A stretch of DNA of 52,330 nt from Octopus bimaculoides (taxonomy: Eukaryota). Numbering within the stretch: position 1 is the first letter of the stretch; every line of letters begins with the position of its first letter. Under the pieces are notes generated by a model. It had not been told where the DNA came from, did not search any database, and saw only the letters and a program-made list of their open reading frames with translations. This document shows, in pieces, positions 48,845 to 52,330 of the stretch. The DNA lies in contig NC_068984.1 in NCBI RefSeq assembly GCF_001194135.2, forward strand, positions 48,687,641 through 48,739,970. The letters run 5' to 3'. The translations under genes were made by a program, and so were the position numbers.

Positions 48845-51480
48845 GTACTTTCCAAGGAGTAGACTCTCAACTCTTTTAGCCTCTTCTTGTAGCTCGTCTG
48901 TTGCGCCAAGACAATCTACTTGGTATAGTGACTCTGGATTGCCTCAAATTCCGCAGTTAGTTTGATGTTGTATGGTGGCCATAACTGGAAGCTGTAATCC
49001 GGTGACTGAGCTCGAATTTCTCAAAAGGAATGGTTTATGTTTCTGTGTGGGAATGACTTTCGAATCCAGTCAATCATTTGTTTGTGCATTGCTGCTGCCC
49101 TCTTATCAATATGCACACAGAATGATGCATCACTGCTCATGTAGATTTTAAGATCATGCAACGACTCAGGGATTGAGATACTTACTGGTCATGTGTATTC
49201 TGATTGCAATCTGTTTGTAGTTCGATAGCGAAAGGCTTGAAATTTGTTAGCATTGAACAGCATGTTATTTTCTTCAGTTCCCTTCCTTATTATTTTCAAG
49301 TCTTTCTGTTGTTTGAGGCCTCATCAAGGTCCTTGACTATTTGCGATATTCTTGTATCATCAGCGTAGCTGGTGAAGTTAGCGGTTTGTATGCCTGTGAG
49401 CATGCTGAGAGTGCCACCATAAAGAGTAGCGGTCCCAGTACAGTTCTCTGATGTACGCCACTTATTAGTTGCTGTCTCCTTACAGTGATTACCATTGACT
49501 GCTACTGTATTAGGCTTATCTTTTAAAACGTCGTGCAGCCACTCACCTAGTTTTTCAATGATACTTAGTCATGCAGCTTCTAACATATCATCCCGTGATC
49601 GAGATTGTCAAAGGCCTTGGCAAAGTTGAAATATTTTGCATCTACATTTGAATGGCTGAGCTGTTATTTCAGTACCAGTCATAAAATTCTAGTTGCTCTG
49701 TAATGCAGCTCGTTCTTGGACGGAAGCCATGCTGCGTATCACTCAGCATGACTTTTTTTTTTTTTCTAAGAATGTGATCAATTTTTTTTCTGACAATGCA
49801 TTTTATGTATTTGCTGACATGTGAGGTCAGAGAGATATGCTGGTAATTCTTAACATTTGCTCTGCTACCTTATTTGTGGATTGGGCATAGTACACCCACT
49901 TTCAACATTTTGATCAGTTTGCCGTATGCGAGGAAATGCTGAAAAGTTTCCGCAGTAGTTTTGCGAAAGATTTCTTGCATTTCATTAAGAGAATAACTGG
50001 AGAACCATGAAGGTCCGTTGCTGAGTTCATCAGTGACCGATGTTGTATTCTTTTCTTTTATTCCGATATAATCAATGGTTGTCTCATCTCCGGGTATATC
50101 TTTAGTATAGAAGAAGTTATCAGGGTTGTTTATTTGTATATTTTTCAGTAAGGACGGGAAAACACTTTGGAATTATTTATTTAGTATTTCACTGATCATC
50201 TTGACGTTAGCAACGGTGGCTCTATCTTATGGAGCCCCGAGGCAGATTCTTGTGAAAATTTGTAAAAGGCTTTATGGTTCCTTTTAAGATTTTCAACTAC
50301 GCTAGTTTCTCTCCCTTTTTCTTTTTCTTCATGAGAGAGTCTAGTTTATTTTCGGTTTCGAAAAATAACTTTTTGAGGTGGAACTTCTTACTATCATTAA
50401 GTTATTTCTTTGAGCAATTTGAGACCGTTACCTATCGTTTCGTATAGAATCTTCTGCCACGGGAAATGCTTTTGCGCGTATTGTCTCTTCTCTAAGAGAA
50501 AATTTAATGCACATGGCTTGCATTGTAGACATAAATCCTTCGAGTCTCATCATTTGACATGCAAAGAGAGACTTTTGAGCAAATTTAGTTTCAGGATATT
50601 GTTTTGAATCGATTTCCAATCAGTCCCTTAGAAGTCTATGCTGCAGAGAGTTTGGGTGGATTTTATGTATGGCCCGAAAGTAGTTTCGGACATTACATTG
50701 CTAATTCCATTATGATGTGGTCTGATAAAAATCGCTTGCACCATTTTCATATTGTGAATAAGTTCCATATTGTTGTCCCTTATCAGGAATAGACTTACTT
50801 GTTTCCTAAACATTCCCTTCGTGATATCGAGGGATTCGGTATGATTCTCTTTTTTGCGTATCATTCCTGAGATTATGTTACCTTCGACCCATCTGATATT
50901 GATGAAGTTGAAGTTACCCATGGGAAACACATTAGTGCTTTGATATAGCTTCACTAATACTTCTTTTTTTCATTTTATGACTGTCGTCAAATTCACAACA
51001 ATGATTGGAGGCATTATGTGGACGATATACTGTATATATTCTGTTCTACTCTAAACACAAGGCTCGAAATTTTAGAAGAAGGGGCCACTCGATAAGATCG
51101 ACCCCAGTACGCAACTGGTATTTAATTTATCGACCCCGAAAGGATAAAAGGCAAAGTCGACCTCGGCGGAACTTGAACTCAGTACATAAAGACAGACGAA
51201 ATACCGCTAAGTATTTTGCCTGGTGTGCTAACGTTTCTGCCAGCTCGCCGACTTAAAGTAATATTAATATTCTTTTTCTCATTTTCAGACTGTCGTCAAA
51301 TTCACAACAATGGTTGGAGGTGTTAGGTGGACGATATAGTGAATATATTGCCACATCAAGTTGTTTTATATGCAATGTCTGTATGTCACAGACGACCTTG
51401 AATGTGACAACAGGGTTAAAGGTGTGAGATCTTCACAGACGTACAGAGTAACTCCCGCATAGCTCCTTTCGTTTTATATA
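48845..51480 (-). mobile_element. CR1-clade LINE ORF2 (APE and RT), decayed, interrupted by a SINE
   Basis: GVTLYVCEDL, IKQLDVAI..YRPP, GNFNFINIRW, QHGFRP, FAKAFD.LDHG, LGEWLH, SYADDT, RLKELRVYSLE in the correct order. Confidence 0.92.
51041..51252 (-). mobile_element. SINE family A inserted in the CR1 APE region
   Basis: Full head (gtcggcgagctggcagaaacgttagcac) to tail, flanked by an ~85-bp direct repeat. Confidence 0.93.
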
Positions 51481-51994
51481 TACTTACTTCGTGAATTTTT
51501 TCCATAACCTAAAGCGTCATAACAGAATTCACAGTTTTCAGGAGCGGTTTTCCATTAAAATAGCTGCCTATGTAACTTGCTTTATGTCAAAACATCTCGA
51601 TTTATTTATATTCTTTATTATACAGAGATGGCTATTTTAATTTAAAGCTGCTTCTCTTGCCTGTAACGGATTTTTAACCAACCAAACGAATAATTGTTAC
51701 ATGAATTGTTCATTAGTCTCCTGTATCGGCAAGGACAGATTTCGTCTCAGAATGCAGTTGTGAATACATGCTACTGATAATGCCCAGGGAGGCAGAAATG
51801 CATACCTAGTATTATTACCGGCTGATTTGTGTCTGATACCGACATGTATTCCCTTTTTAAACAAAGCACGTCCATGGGAGGTATTATTTTGGGATTAATA
51901 CCGCAATATTCGCGATCTGTTTATATCAAGTATGATACACAGAGGACTTCATACACACACATAAACACACACACATACACATATTATCTTTTAT

Positions 51995-52075
51995 TGTTTG
52001 CTTGTTTGGGTCACTAGACTGCGGCCATACAGGGGCACCAGCTTAAAATTTTAGTTGAATGAATCGACCACAAGA
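51995..52075 (-). mobile_element. SINE family B 3' fragment
   Basis: gcttgtttgggtcactagactgcggccatac...gaatcgacc. Confidence 0.7.
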
Positions 52076-52330
52076 TTGGTAGGAAAAATAAGGATGCAAA
52101 CTTTTAACCCTTTTTTTAAACCTAACAAAACTCTCAACTCTCATGCATCCTTATTTTTCCTACCAGTTTATACATGTACTACTATTGAACTACAAAAGCT
52201 CAAAGACAATATAATGTATGGGTATATTTATTTTTTTATATATTATTGTTTTATATATTATTTTCTTCATTTTGTACTTCTTTGTAAAAAAACATTTTCA
52301 TTCTCCTTCTTCTTGATAATTTGCTCTTTC

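Noticed and set aside
49925-49950. Mariner TIR-like tatgcgaggaaatgctgaaaagtttc
   Set aside because: It lies in frame within CR1 coding sequence on the minus strand (LLRKLFSISS) and has no partner TIR.
51271-51422. Plus-strand exon after the strong acceptor tttctcattttcag
   Set aside because: The sequence is the antisense of the CR1 APE domain (YRPP, GVTLYV).

Overview
AT-rich eukaryotic draft-assembly sequence with six N gaps and very dense microsatellites. Its repeat content (tRNA-derived SINE families, R4/Dong, CR1, L1/Tx1, Penelope, mariner) looks like an octopus or other coleoid cephalopod genome; this comes from pattern recognition, not a database search. Most long ORFs in the track are microsatellite translations or decayed transposon frames. 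Identifiable elements: about 20 SINE copies or fragments in four families, two R4/Dong pieces next to (TAA)n, two CR1, two L1/Tx1 endonuclease remnants, an I/Jockey-group RT remnant, two Penelope loci, an internally deleted mariner, a mariner MITE, and a Tc1 IR/DR fold-back element. No host gene can be named; a few minus-strand exon candidates exist (best 42043-42234 and 4000-4073). I found no prokaryote-style or clearly new multi-gene system. The most interesting structures are: hairpins that would hide two neighbouring candidate 5' splice sites, an ~85-bp target-site duplication, an inverted pair of Penelope pLTRs with hammerhead-like relics, a fold-back able to form ~200 bp of dsRNA, a template-switch inversion that preserves ancestral sequence, and a diverged tandem duplication with a coding-like substitution pattern. 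All identities and alignments were estimated by eye.
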